A stretch of 64,000 nt of DNA from Hypanus sabinus (GCF_030144855.1 NC_082706.1:150412001-150476000); one strand, 5' to 3'; shown: positions 1 to 11,707, counted from the first letter of the stretch. Numbers and translations: made by a program. The notes: generated by a model from the sequence alone, not told the origin.

Positions 1-1188
1 AATGGCAGCTTCAAGCATTTTCTTGACTACAGATAGCCTATAGTTGCCTGTCTTTTGCCTACATCCTTTCTAAAAAGTGGCATGATATTTGATGACTTCC
101 AATCCGTCGAGTCCTGCCCAGAGTCTAGAGAATTTTATTAAATGATTACCAATGAATCTACTATAACCTCCGCGAATTCCCTCAGCGCCTTCGGATGCAT
201 CCCACCAGGACCAGGGGACTTATCTACTTTCAGGCCCTCTAGTTTGCTTGTCACTATCTCTTTAGTGACAGTGATTTTATCAGGGTTCTCACCTCCCAGT
301 TCATCCATAACATCATTCTTTGGCATATTAGACATGTCCTCCACTGAGAAGACCAACACAAAATAGTTGTTCAATGCTTCATCATTTCCTTATCACCCAA
401 TATCAATTTCCCCTTATTGTCTTCCAAGGGACCTACATTGACTCTAGCCACCCTCTTCCGCTTTATGTATTTATAAAAACTTTTGCTTTCTGTTTTTCTA
501 TTTTGTGCTAATTTACCTTCATACTCTATCTTCCCTTTCCATATTTCTTGTTTATTTGTCTTTTTGTTGCATTTTAATGTTCTCCCAACCCTCCAGTCTC
601 CCACTACTCTTTGCGACTTTGTAGACATGAGCTTTTAAATTGATACTATCTTTTATTTCCTTAGTTATCCAAGGCTGGGTCTCCCCACACTTGTCCTTTC
701 TTTTGATTGGAATATACTTTTGTTGAGCATTGTGAAAAATCTCTCTGAAAGTATTCCACTGCTCCTCAACTGTCCTACCAAATAGCCTGTGCTCCCAATC
801 CACATTAGCCAACTCCTCGCTCATCCTGTTGTAGTCTCCCTTGTTCAAGCATAATACACTAGCTTTAGATCTAACTATTTCATCCTCCATCTGTATGAGA
901 AATTCAATCATACTATGATCACTCTTTCCAAGAAGATCCCTGACTACAAGATCATTAATCTTACCAGTCTCATTGCACAGGACTAGATCTAAGATAGTAT
1001 TTTCCCTTGTAGGTTCACTAACATGCTGCTCAAGAAAGCCATCACGGATGCATTCTATGAAGTCCTCCTCAAGACTTCCTTGACCAATCAGATTCACCCA
1101 ATCTATGTGCAAATTAAAATCCCCCATGAATCCTGCCGTTTCGTTCTTACAAGCCTCAGTTATTTCTTGGTTAATCACCTCTGCCACT
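1..1188 (-). mobile_element. CR1-clade LINE, degenerate ORF2 (APE endonuclease C-half, linker, start of RT); runs off the window edge
   Basis: Minus ORFs contain MGDFNLHIDW, EPTRENTILDLVLC, LGKSDHSMIEF (endonuclease motifs), SKSFYKYIKRKR and LKVDKSPGPGGMHPKALRE; frameshifted. Confidence 0.93.
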
Positions 1189-1450
1189 GAATCAGAATCA
1201 GAATCCTTTATTATTGCCAAGTATGAGGACACATACAGGGAATTTGATGCTGGTTTCCATGAACTCTCTCTGTACAGAATTAAAAGCAAACAAAAACAAT
1301 AGTGCAAATAATCATAAACTATATACAATGAGGTCCACTTCATTGAATGTACAGGTGGACTTGATTTACAATAGACTAAAATTCAAGTGTTCGTAAGACT
1401 GATAGCATACGGAAAGAAACTGTTCTTGTACTTATTTGTCCTTTTCAAAT
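1189..1450 (-). mobile_element. 3' end of a Rex1/Babar-like LINE with (ATTCTG)n tail
   Basis: Starts with gaatcagaatcagaatc, the reverse complement of the tail on Rex-like copies ending at ~14953, ~29205 and ~45645. Confidence 0.65.
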
Positions 1451-1491
1451 GCATTGTACTCTGCAATTTTAAGGCAGATTCCAGTATAGTG

Positions 1492-2191
1492 AGTTCAAGT
1501 TCGAATTCAGGTTTAATTCTCATTCAACCATACATGAATACCCATGAATATAGCCAAATAAACAACATTTCTCCAGAGCCAAGGCGAAAAACACAGTACT
1601 AACAGTCAAACACGGCACAAGGCACATATAAGATAGCAGTAAACATATAGTCATTCAAAAAAAGATATAACCCAAGTCCCAGAGTCCACGGATGTAGTTG
1701 GCATGAGCAAGCCTGCTGTAGTCTGCAGATGAACATAATCCAGTTGATATTCCATTGAGCAAACCCTGGAGAGCAGCACCAATACCAGCATGGTCACCAC
1801 ACCACACTTGTGTGACCTCTCCAGGGTGGCTTCAACAGGCATAAGGCCTTGTCTGTGCTCCCCTTCCATCAGTCCTGCTAATAAACCAGTGAATCGGACT
1901 TGCAACATTCCACATTAGCAATATCCAACAGGGACAAGAAAAACATCGAAGACAATCACTTGTTGTTAGACTGACCCAGATGCCTTTCTGTAGCAGGCAG
2001 CAACAAGTCCAGCTCCTCCAGCTCCTCCACCAAAGAGCAGTTCACTAATGGGGTAGACCTGCACTACCTCAAGTTCTTAATGTCCAGCAGTGCCTTGTGA
2101 TCATAAAAAAGGTATTTAAGCAAGACAAACACACCTTTGATTGACCCCATGGAGGCCACTGTGACCAAGCACATTGCCATCTTACTGGAAG
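1492..2191 (-). mobile_element. ~700 bp non-coding interspersed retroposon with (TTGAAC)n-type tail
   Basis: Shares cattcaaccaYRcatgaatacccatgaata and following sequence with 39135-39430; minus strand begins CTTCCAGTAAGATGGC. Confidence 0.6.
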
Positions 2192-3319
2192 ATAAGATGG
2201 TTCATTCCAACATTTCTGATTCTTGAAAGAAAATGCATGAAATTAAATCTATATTAATATATTTGACCAGTATCCCCTGTGTCTGACAAATGTTTTTCAA
2301 TTTACTATATTTTTATGACTTAATTAACAATGAAGGTATTCTCTGTAAAAGTATTTATTAAATATATTTCATTGTCTAACAGAGAAATACCATTATATTA
2401 TAAAGTACTACCGAAGGTTGAATAACCTGCATATAATTCAAAGATAATATGGTGTATTCAAGTCAACTACATGATGTTGTTCCTTATTTATTATAGAAAT
2501 TCACTTGGATCTTACACAACACTCAGCCTCCGCGTGCAAGAATTTTGATTTATTTTTCTTCCATGCAAGTATTCTAGAAACATGAAATGATAGCATAAGT
2601 AAGATAAACTTATACATTTCACACAGTTGAAGAACTATATTCAATGGAAGGAAGGAGACTTGTAAACAACAGGCACAAAAATGGAAACAACGGCTTGCTT
2701 TAACTCATTACTGTTTGCTTATCTATTAATTGCTGTCAATGATCAATTTCTACCTGTCTCCCACTATGCATCTTTATTGTTTAACTCTGCCTAAGGTCTT
2801 CTCAACATATATGTAAATTCTTATGGATATATATATTCATTAGGGCACTTATTTCTAAAAGCTGGAAGAGAAAAGTTAAAAGAGCATTGTGCACTACAAC
2901 ATAGGTAGAGATTTCTAAAATACTATACATTGCAGTACCTATACTGTGAAATAGTTCTGTACATATATTGAGAATCAACTGGTACTAAAATGAACACAGT
3001 TATCAAATATTCTATTTTTATTTCAAGAATCAAAATATTAATGCAACTATTTTCTCATTTCACATCAATAAACATATTGCAGTCATCCATGTAATAAAAA
3101 CAAATACAAAGAGGCCATTTGTGCAGAGCAGAGTCCCACAGGCAGTAAGGATATATGACCATGTTATCCTTTATTAGTTAAGCATAAGAAATAAATATTG
3201 GAGAGCATTTGTAGAAATTTATTTACTCACAGAGAGTTCTGATGTTTGCATCAACTTCTTCAAAAATGTTAATTTATAAATTTATCCTCAGTCACTTGTG
3301 CTAACTGCACAGCAAAATA

Positions 3320-3783
3320 CAAGGGGTGATTGATAAGTTCATGGCCTGAGGTAGAAGGAGTCAATTTTAGAAAACCTAGCACATTTATTTTCAACATAGT
3401 CCCCTCCTACATTTACACACTTAGTCCAAAGGTTGTGGAACATACCTCCAGGAATTGTCCACAGCGGGGGTGATTGATAAGTTTGTGACCTTGGGTGGAA
3501 GGCGATGAGTTATTAACTTCAAACTTTCTGCATGATTACTCAAAGAGCTGACCTGCATGTGCATGTGAAGAGAGCTGTATAACTCATCTCCTTCTACCTT
3601 AGACCACAAAATTATCAATCATCCATCTGTGGACACTTTCTGGAGGTCCATGATCAGTATGCTCCACAACAACTGGACTAAGTGTGTAAATATAGGAGGG
3701 GACTATGCTGAAAAATAAATATGCTAGGTTTTCTAAAATTGGCTCCTTCTACCTTAGGCCATGAACATATGAATCACCCCTCG
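3320..3783. mobile_element. Mariner-derived fold-back MITE with TA TSD and ~195-bp inverted arms
   Basis: TA-caaggggtgattgataagttc ... gaacatatgaatcacccctcg-TA; arms 3320-3514 and 3578-3783 are inverted copies; 3671-3718 encodes NWTKCVNIGGDYAEK*, a mariner transposase C-terminus. Confidence 0.92.
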
Positions 3784-4227
3784 TAGCCTGTTTCTAAAAG
3801 TTAATTTTTTTGTTTTTGTTAGACTCAAATTTTGGAAATGGAGTATAATACATGGATATTATACTCTGCTTATGGATCAAAAATGAAATCATTGTTAACT
3901 TAATAATATATTAAACTTATTCATAATTATGTGCTCATCTTTCCAAAGGTGAAATTTAAACTACAGCATCGTTTAATTTTGAGAAAAGAATGTACAGCAA
4001 TTTTTCATATGTTTTCATTCCTTCATTTTCTGCAGGAAAATTCTTTTAAAGAACCCTGTGAAATATTGTATAACATTCTTTCCTCTCATCATACTGCCTG
4101 GAGTTTTCCTTTCTAATGTTGACATTTTGCTTCTTGAATGAAATAAACAATGTTGAATATACTGCACATCAGCAATCTCCAAGTTTGAGGGAGAAATCTG
4201 ACATGATATAGTAGCCTGTGTGTATTC

Positions 4228-4360
4228 TATAAGACCATGAGAAATAGGAACAGAATTAAGCCATTTGCCATTGAGTCTGTTCAGCCATTCAAACCTGGAT
4301 GATTTTCCATCCCAACTCTATTCTCCTGCCTTCTTCTCGTAACCCTTATTAATCAACAGT
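4228..4360 (-). mobile_element. CR1 3'-end fragment
   Basis: aagaccatgagaaataggaacagaattaagccatt resembles the reverse complement of CR1 tails elsewhere in the window. Confidence 0.65.
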
Positions 4361-5282
4361 CTGTTATTGCCACACATAGCTGTGGCCTCTCACTAAAGAA
4401 CAACACCATTGACATCGATGTAACCAAAGCTTGCATACAGAGAATTCCATGTGTATGTGTAACTAGATTTCATGTTTCACTCCGCTTCACTTAGAAAATT
4501 ATTTCATCAAGACAGAACCGTGGTTTTCATTGATCAGTCAGTCTCTTCAGTTATATACCATCTGCAAAACAAATTCATCACACTAAGTACTATGGTCTAG
4601 AATTCTGCCCAGTGATTTGGTTTCTTCTTGTTTGTTTGATTGAATTTAGCTATTTCTGAAATCAAGTTATCTCCAAGTAAAAACATATTTTGAAATGTAT
4701 CTTGTCATGTCTCCCCATCAGTCTCCCCATCAAAGCAAGGGAAGAGTTTTAAAATCAAACCAATTTTCCTCATCTCCTTTGGTGCTGGATGAACACATTA
4801 TCATTCAGTACTGGACAACTGCTCAATATGGTGTTAAAAAAAAATACGTGAAAAATAGCATGGCCTACTTTTGTCCTTGGTACAGGCCTGTTGTCAAAGA
4901 ACTGGATGGGAAAAATAAAGTATTTAGCAGGGCTCAGGGTATGTGGCTTTTTGAGTTTGGTAGTCAGAAGACTTGAAGATCAGTTGCTAACATTAAATCT
5001 TTGATTTTGTTTTAATTATTGGAATCTTTTCTGAAATGCAAATGGACCCAATTTGGTACAAATGGAGTGTTTCATGGGAACCCACATTTCACCTTGAACC
5101 TGGGATATAAGAGTAAAATTGACACGTGGGATTATACCTTCTTGGCATTATAATGTTACTCAGAAAACAAAATGACAGAGATACTGAACAAATCAGAGGA
5201 TGTTTGTGGAAGAAGAAAGTGATCCATTACGAAGATAGCCAACTGGATGACTGCATGGGTAAAAACAGCCTGTTGGGAGTTA

Positions 5283-6497
5283 ACACGAGGAAATCTGCAG
5301 ATGCTGGAAATCCAAACAACACACACAAAATGCTGGTGGAACACAGCAGGCCAGGCAGCATCTACAGGAGAAGCACTGTCGACGTTTCGGGCCGAGACCC
5401 TTCAGCGCGCGCGGCCAAGGTGGCCAAGGCCGCCTCGCATGGCCTCACACGGCCAAGGCCCATGCCACGCACGAGGCGGCAGGCAAGATGGCGGCGACCA
5501 AGATGGCAACCCCCATGCCTTGCATGCGGCGCTGCTCAACTGCGCTCGTGGTTTGGACTTACAGCCCTTGGCAAAGTGGCCCTTCTTTCTGCAGCTGGAG
5601 CAGGTAGCTTCTTGGGCCGGGCAGCATTTTCGGGGGTGCTTTTCGAGTCCGCAGAAGTAACACTGCGCAGACTTGTGACTGGCAGCAGCCATGGTCGACT
5701 CACCAGCAGACTGCGGGGACTTCACGGACTCGCGACTGGCAGCAGCCATGGTCGATTTGCCGGTGGGTTGCGAGGTCTGCAGTGTCCATGAGGCCGGTGG
5801 GAGATCGCACGCCTGGAGAGCGCCAGCGTTGTGCAGTGCAGCCTCCAGCATGTCGGCCAGCTCAATCGCCGACTGTAAGGTAAGATCGGTGTGTTCCAGC
5901 AGCCGCTGGCGCACGTACACTGACCTGATCCCCGTAACGAAGGCGTCTCTCACTATGAGCTCTGCATGCTGTTCCGCCGTCAGTCCCCTGCAGTCTCAGG
6001 CCTGCACGAGTGTCTGTAGGGCCCGGACAAACTCAGTGCTTGTCTCTCCGGCCCGCTACCGCCATGTCGCTAAGCAATGTCTTGCATAGACGGTGTTCAC
6101 CGGCTGCCGGTATTGTCTTTTGGGAGCATCCATTGCACCCTGGTAGTCCGTTTGGTCTCTGATCATGGAGTAGACCCTTGCACTGACCCTGGAGAGGAGA
6201 AGCCTGTGCATCGTGGCAGGGTCGGTCACATGAATTTCCTCCAGGTACGATTCGAAGCATGCTAGCCAGAGTTCGAAAGCGTCGCCGGCTTCCTGAGATT
6301 GTAGGTTGAGATCCAATCTGTCCGGTTGTAAAGTGCTCTCCATGTTTTAAAATTGCTGCTAATACAATTGATGCACCATCAATAACTCTCAGAGACGGGA
6401 AGTCCTTCAGGACGAAGGGTCTCGGCCTGAAACATCGACAGTGCTTCTCCTATAGATGCTGCCTGGCCTGCTGTGTTCCACCAGCATTTTGTGTGTG
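5283..6497. mobile_element. PLE-derived fold-back element (inverted hammerhead-bearing arms) with internal Gypsy fragment; 13-bp TSD
   Basis: Arms 5283-5405 and 6404-6497 are near-perfect inverted repeats; TSD ctgttgggagtta at 5270-5282 and 6498-6510. Confidence 0.9.
5406..6403 (-). pseudogene. gag: Ty3/Gypsy (Mag-like) fragment: last ~30 bp of LTR plus gag pseudogene with double zinc knuckle
   Basis: Single frame from ATG 6343 (MESTLQPDRLDL..) with two in-frame stops; RDAFVTGIRSVYVRQRLLE; CYFCGLEKHPRKCCPAQEATCSSCRKKGHFAKGC; 6369-6397 matches the 3' end of the solo LTR at 53402-53613; 57-bp tandem duplication at 5677/5734. Confidence 0.9.
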
Positions 6498-8389
6498 CTG
6501 TTGGGAGTTATACAGTCTTCAAACAATACCCAGGATATGGGATATAAATTACAATGGAAGAAAGAAAAGGCATGTAAAAAATGCAATCTTATGAGAGTGA
6601 TGGAATGTTTCAATATGCAGGTAGATTGGGAAAATTAAGCAGGTACTGGATCCCAAGAGAGGGACTTTATAGAAAGCGTACAAGATGGCTTTTCAGAGCA
6701 TCTTGTAGTTGAGCCCATGAGGGAACAGGCAATTCTGGATTAGGTGTTGTGTAATGAACCAAATTTGATTAGGGAGCTTAAAGTAAAGGGACCCTTCAGA
6801 GTCAATGATCATAATATTGATAGAATTCACCCTACAGTTTGGGAGGGAGAAGATAAAGTTAGATGTATCAGTATTGGAGCAGCAGAGGCATAAGAGAGGA
6901 GCTGCCCAAAGGTCACTATCAGGGATGATGACAGAACAATAATGTTTGAGTTTCTGGGGCAATTCAGAAGGTGCAGGATAGATACATCCCAAAGGTGAGG
7001 AAGTATTCTGAAGAGAGAATAAAGCAACCGTGGCTGGCAAGGGAAGTCAAAGTCACCATGAAAACAAAAGAGAAGGCATATAATATATCAAAAAAAAGTG
7101 GGAAGTTTGAAGATTGGAAAGCTTTTAAAAACCGAAAGCAACAAAAAAAAGCCAAAAGGAGAAAAAAAAAGATGAAATATAAAGGCAAACCAGCCAATAA
7201 TATATAAGAACATGCCAAAAGCTTTTTCTGATATTGCACTGCTGGAAAATAACACTGGAAAAGTAGAAATAGGGGACAAAGAAATGGCAGACAAACTAAA
7301 TCTGTATTTTGTGTCAACCTTCACTGTGGGAAAAACCAGCAGTATGTTAGAAATTTGAGAGTATGTCAGTGTGAAGCGAGTGTAGTTGCTGTACAAAGGA
7401 TACGGTGCTTGGGAAACTGAAGGTAGATTAATCACCTGGACTGGATGGATTTACTACCCAGGGATCTGAAAGAGTTAGCTGAAGAGATTACAGATATATC
7501 AATAATGATTTTTCTAGAATCACTAAATTCAGGAATGGTTCTGGAATTGCAAATGTTACTAAACTATTTAAGAAGGGAGATAGGCACAAGAGAGGAAATT
7601 ATAGGCCAGTTAGCCTGACTTCAGTGGTTAGGTAGATGTTGGAGTCCATTATTAAGGATGAGGTTTCGGGGTATTTGGAAGCACATGACAAAATAGGCGA
7701 AAGTCAGCATGGTCTCCTAAAGTGGAAATCCTGCCTGACAAATCTGTTCGAAGTCTTCGAATAAATAGCTGGCAGGATAGACAAAGGACATTCAGTAGAT
7801 AAACAAGAGAAGATCTACAGATGCAGGAAATCCAAACAATTTGGTTGATGAAATTGATGATTTTGTGACCACATTTCCAGAGAATACAAAGAGAGGTGGA
7901 GGGGCAGGTAATGCTAAGGAAGTAAAGCATCTGCAGAGAGACTTAGACAGATTGGGAGAATGGATAAAGAAGTAGCAGATGGCATATAGTACAGGGAAGT
8001 GTATGGCCAAATACTTTGGTGGAAGACTATTTTCTAAATGGGGTGAAAATTCAAAATTCAGAGGTGCAAAGGGACATGGGAATTCTTGTGCAAAATTCCC
8101 TAGAGGTTATCTTGCAGATTGAGTCAGTGGTAAAGAAGGCAAATGCAATGTTAGCATTTATTTTCAGAGGTCTAGAATACATATAAGAGCAAGGATGTAA
8201 TGCTGAGGCTTTACAAGACATCTGTCAGACTACATCTGGAATATTGTCAGCAGTTTTGGGCCACTTATCTAAGAAAAGATGTGCAGGCATTGGAGAAGGT
8301 CCAAAAAGGGTTCACAAGAATGATTCTGGAAAATAAAAGAGTTAAAGTATGAGGAGTGTTTGATGGCTCTACGTCTGTACATGCCGGGG

Positions 8390-8965
8390 TCTAGTAGAAC
8401 AATAGGACCTATGGGACAGCAATGATCCTCGTTCCGGTATATTTCACAAATATGGACCACCTACAATAGGTCTCTCAAAGGACTGGAGAAATATAATCCA
8501 TTCTTTTTTCCAAACTCACTGACAAGATGATTAGACCAATGACAAGTTCTCTTCAGGTCAACAATGAGCCTCCATTTACACTCACCAGCTTTACTGGGCA
8601 GGCCATACCATTCACTTTCCTAATATGAGACTCCACTCCAAGTACTGACATTGCAAAGTATTACCAGGAAGGCAGAGGAAATTCTTAAAGGCTATATTCC
8701 CAGCATTCATCAAAATATAAAACACACTCACCAATTCTTGGAAATCCTTGGCCTCGGACCAACTAAAAGAGAAAAAGCATTGCAATACTGCCACAAAGAT
8801 CTGGTCTTCTCTTTGGAAACACAGTGAACTTGATACAAAATGAATATAGTATCAACCTACCCACCAGCTCACACAGACAGACCTCCCCTGCCCCACCTTT
8901 GGCAGATGCACAAAATAGCTACTTCAGAATCCATAGAACTGAACTGAAAGTTATCCTTGACCAAG
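8390..8965 (+). mobile_element. Old RTE-clade LINE 3' fragment
   Basis: Degenerate WAGH..RLP, G.QRK..K, SWKSLASD and CP.FGR-like motifs of the RTE ORF C-terminus. Confidence 0.6.
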
Positions 8966-10153
8966 AACAGCCACCTAAAATATTTATTAACCTACAGTTA
9001 TCCCTCTCCAGCATGGAACTGGCCACTGAGAATGGCGAGGGCGTATTAGGCTGGGTTTTGTTTGAAGCAGCAATGCTACTTGATACTCTTGTAGGGGCCT
9101 TTCACCCTTTACAGGTTTTTGCACAGCAGGGCCTTTTGGCCAGCCAACCAAAACCTGTGTTGTCCGCTACAGGAGAAGTGGGACATATATGAGCAAGGCA
9201 AGTGATCGTTCTTAGCCAATCAGATTGATAAATCGCTGCTAATCAGGGAGTGTGTAAATCATAAAGGATCGATTAGAATGTGAATCAGGTATAGAAAGCA
9301 AATGGAAAAAGAGCAAAGTAAAATTATTTTTTTTAAAAAACCCTGTCTTTAAAAGCTGGAGAAATTTGTCTCAACATGTAATAGTTAATTTTTAGAGCCA
9401 AGGGATTAAGTTTAGTGAATTAAGACCTACATGCCATTAAATGCATGCCCCTACTTTAGAAGAGAATACTTTAACTTTATGGGATGAATTTTGATTATGT
9501 CATGGACCAAATACAACAAATTATACTTATGGTGTAAGTAATTAGTGAGAGAGAGTCTAAGATGCTATTTTATTCTTGCTCTGGGAGAAGCAGGACATCT
9601 TCAGCAGGGAAGTTTCCTGATGTCTATACTTAACTGTGCATTTACAGTCCAATTGCATACCCATAACTAATGATGAGAACTGATACCCAAGTGATTTGTT
9701 AATATTCCACTGAGACTAGCCCAAATTAAAGCCATTTACAAATGTGAAAATATAGACTGGATCAATTAAATAAAAAATATTTTGAGTATGGCCTGTGGCT
9801 ACATTACACTGGTCATTTTGAAGACAAAATTAAATTGTTAAACACTGCTTGGGACGAATTTGTACAAAGAGCTGACACATCATCAGATGGCCAATGGAAA
9901 CCTGCTTAATCAGAAAAAAGCACGTCAAAGCATATCAATTACTAAAGACACTCTGTATATAGCATTACTAAAAATGCACTACATAATTAGCTTTTATTTA
10001 AATTTGTTGTATAAATTTTGTTCTTGACAAGGTGTCAGGAGTGAGGAATATCAGGCTTTCTGCTGCACACATACAAGGACTAAATGCAACAATCCCAGAT
10101 CATTTAAAGCAAGGTTAGGAGCATGAGCACATTTCTGTTTTGCCACAGTTTTA

Positions 10154-10706
10154 CACTCAGTGGCCACTCTATTTAGCTAATAATGTGGCCATTGAGTGTC
10201 TGTTCATGATCTTCTGCTGCTGTAGCCCATCCATCTCAAAGTTTAACGTGTTGTGTGCTCAGAGATGCCATTCTGCACACCACTGTCACAATGCATGGTT
10301 ATTTGAGTTGCCATTGCCTTCCTTACTGTTTGAACCAGAATGGCCATTCTCCTCTGACCTCTCTCATTATCAAGGCAACTTCACCCACAGAACTGCTGCC
10401 CATTGGATGTTTCTTTTGTTTTTCAAACCAGTCTCTGAAAGCTTTAGAAGCTGTTGTGCCTGAAAATCCAAGGAGATCAGCAGTTTCTAAGATACTCCAA
10501 CCACCCATTCTGGCACCAACAGCCATTCCATGGTCAAAGTCACTTAAATCACATTTCTTTCCTACTCTGATGTTTGGTCGGAATAACAACTGAACCTCTT
10601 GACCACGTCTGTGTGCTTTTATGAATTGAGTTGCTGCTACATGATCAGCTGATTAGCTATTTGCATCAATAAGTACAGCTGTTACTAAAAAAGTGGACAC
10701 CGAGTG
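10154..10706 (-). mobile_element. Tc1-like DNA transposon, internal-deletion derivative with TA TSD
   Basis: TA-cactcagtggccactctatt ... aaaaaagtggacaccgagtg-TA inverted termini; ORF 10323-10589 GKKCDLSDFDHGMAVGARMGGWSILETADLLGFSGTTASK is a Tc1 N-terminal HTH. Confidence 0.9.
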
Positions 10707-11027
10707 TAGATCTACAAACTGAACTTTGTAAGTAATATCCCTCCTCAATAAACTCATATTTTTCTGGTGCACCTTTCTAGTCTAAAGCACAGGCTGTCAG
10801 CAGTTAAAAATCAGGGGCAATTCTACCTATGATGTCCAGGACAGATTAAAACAGTTTTCAGGTGGGTGTGTAAATGACTCACTAGTATTGCCAATTATGT
10901 CAAGTAGGCAGCTGAGAACAAGTGGAAAAGCAAGGAATGTTCTGGGTGTAGGCTCATAAATAACTTTCAAACAAAAAAGAGTAGATTATATGCCAATCAT
11001 GCTTTTCTCATTTACATCAGAGTGTGA

Positions 11028-11705
11028 CTTCACTACAACTTCTATTTTTCCCTTAAATTCACTTGGTCCTTCTCCAACACCTCTCGCCTCTTACTTGATC
11101 CATCTGCCTTCACCTCAGGAGACAGATTATCTATTAGTATCTTTTACTAGCCCACTGACTCTCACAGTTACCTCAACTACACCTCTTGTCACCCCGTCAC
11201 TTGTACAAATGCAATTCCCTTCTCTCAGTTCCTCCATTTATTTTCCATCTGTTCACATGTTGAGGCTTTCCATTCTTCTGAGATGTCTCCTTTTGGAGAA
11301 CAGAATCAATTGGTCAAATGGCCTAATCCTGCTCCAATCTTATATGTCTTATGGTTTCAAAACTGTGGCTCCCTCCACCACTGCTATCGATGTAGCCCTT
11401 ATTCATATCACTTCCATTTCCTCATATCTTCCCTCACCCTATACCCTATACATAACACGGATAGAGCTCCCCTTGTCCTCAACTATAACTTCATGAGCCT
11501 CCACATTCAACGGATCTTTATCTGCAATGTCTGCCATTTCCAACATGATCCTACTAAAAGGTATATCTTCCCCTCCCCTCCCCTCTGTGATTTCCAGAGG
11601 AATTGCTCTCCCTGTGACTCCTGTCTCTCCCCATAGATCCCTGCAACCATCCTAAATGTTGCTCCTGCACTTACATCTCCCCTTTCACCACCATTCAGGC
11701 CCTAA
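11028..11705 (+). mobile_element. Dead Penelope-like element fragment (RT C-terminal region) with nested ~60-bp CR1 tail; copy 1
   Basis: Translates as LKFTWSFSNTS..SGDRLSISIFY*PTDSHSYLNYTSCHPVTCTNAIPFSQFL; CR1 tail at ~11295-11358; paralogous to 46787-47465. Confidence 0.85.
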
Positions 11706-11707
11706 CC

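Larger units (their letters stand above)
5245..8385 (+). mobile_element. Degenerate CR1 LINE ORF2 (EN-RT), interrupted by the element at 5283-6497 and a short PLE piece at 7801-7840
   Basis: Removing the insert restores LLGVI.. endonuclease sequence; downstream QDRYIPKVRK..QPWLAREVK, GNYRPVSLTSVV and HLEYCQQFWA-like motifs. Confidence 0.9.

Noticed and set aside
5126-5791. 221-aa plus-strand ORF
   Set aside because: Chance read-through across unique DNA, CR1, the PLE arm and the antisense of GC-rich Gypsy gag
10990-11496. 168-aa Ser/Thr/Pro-rich ORF
   Set aside because: Mostly off-frame translation of the pyrimidine-rich PLE fragment
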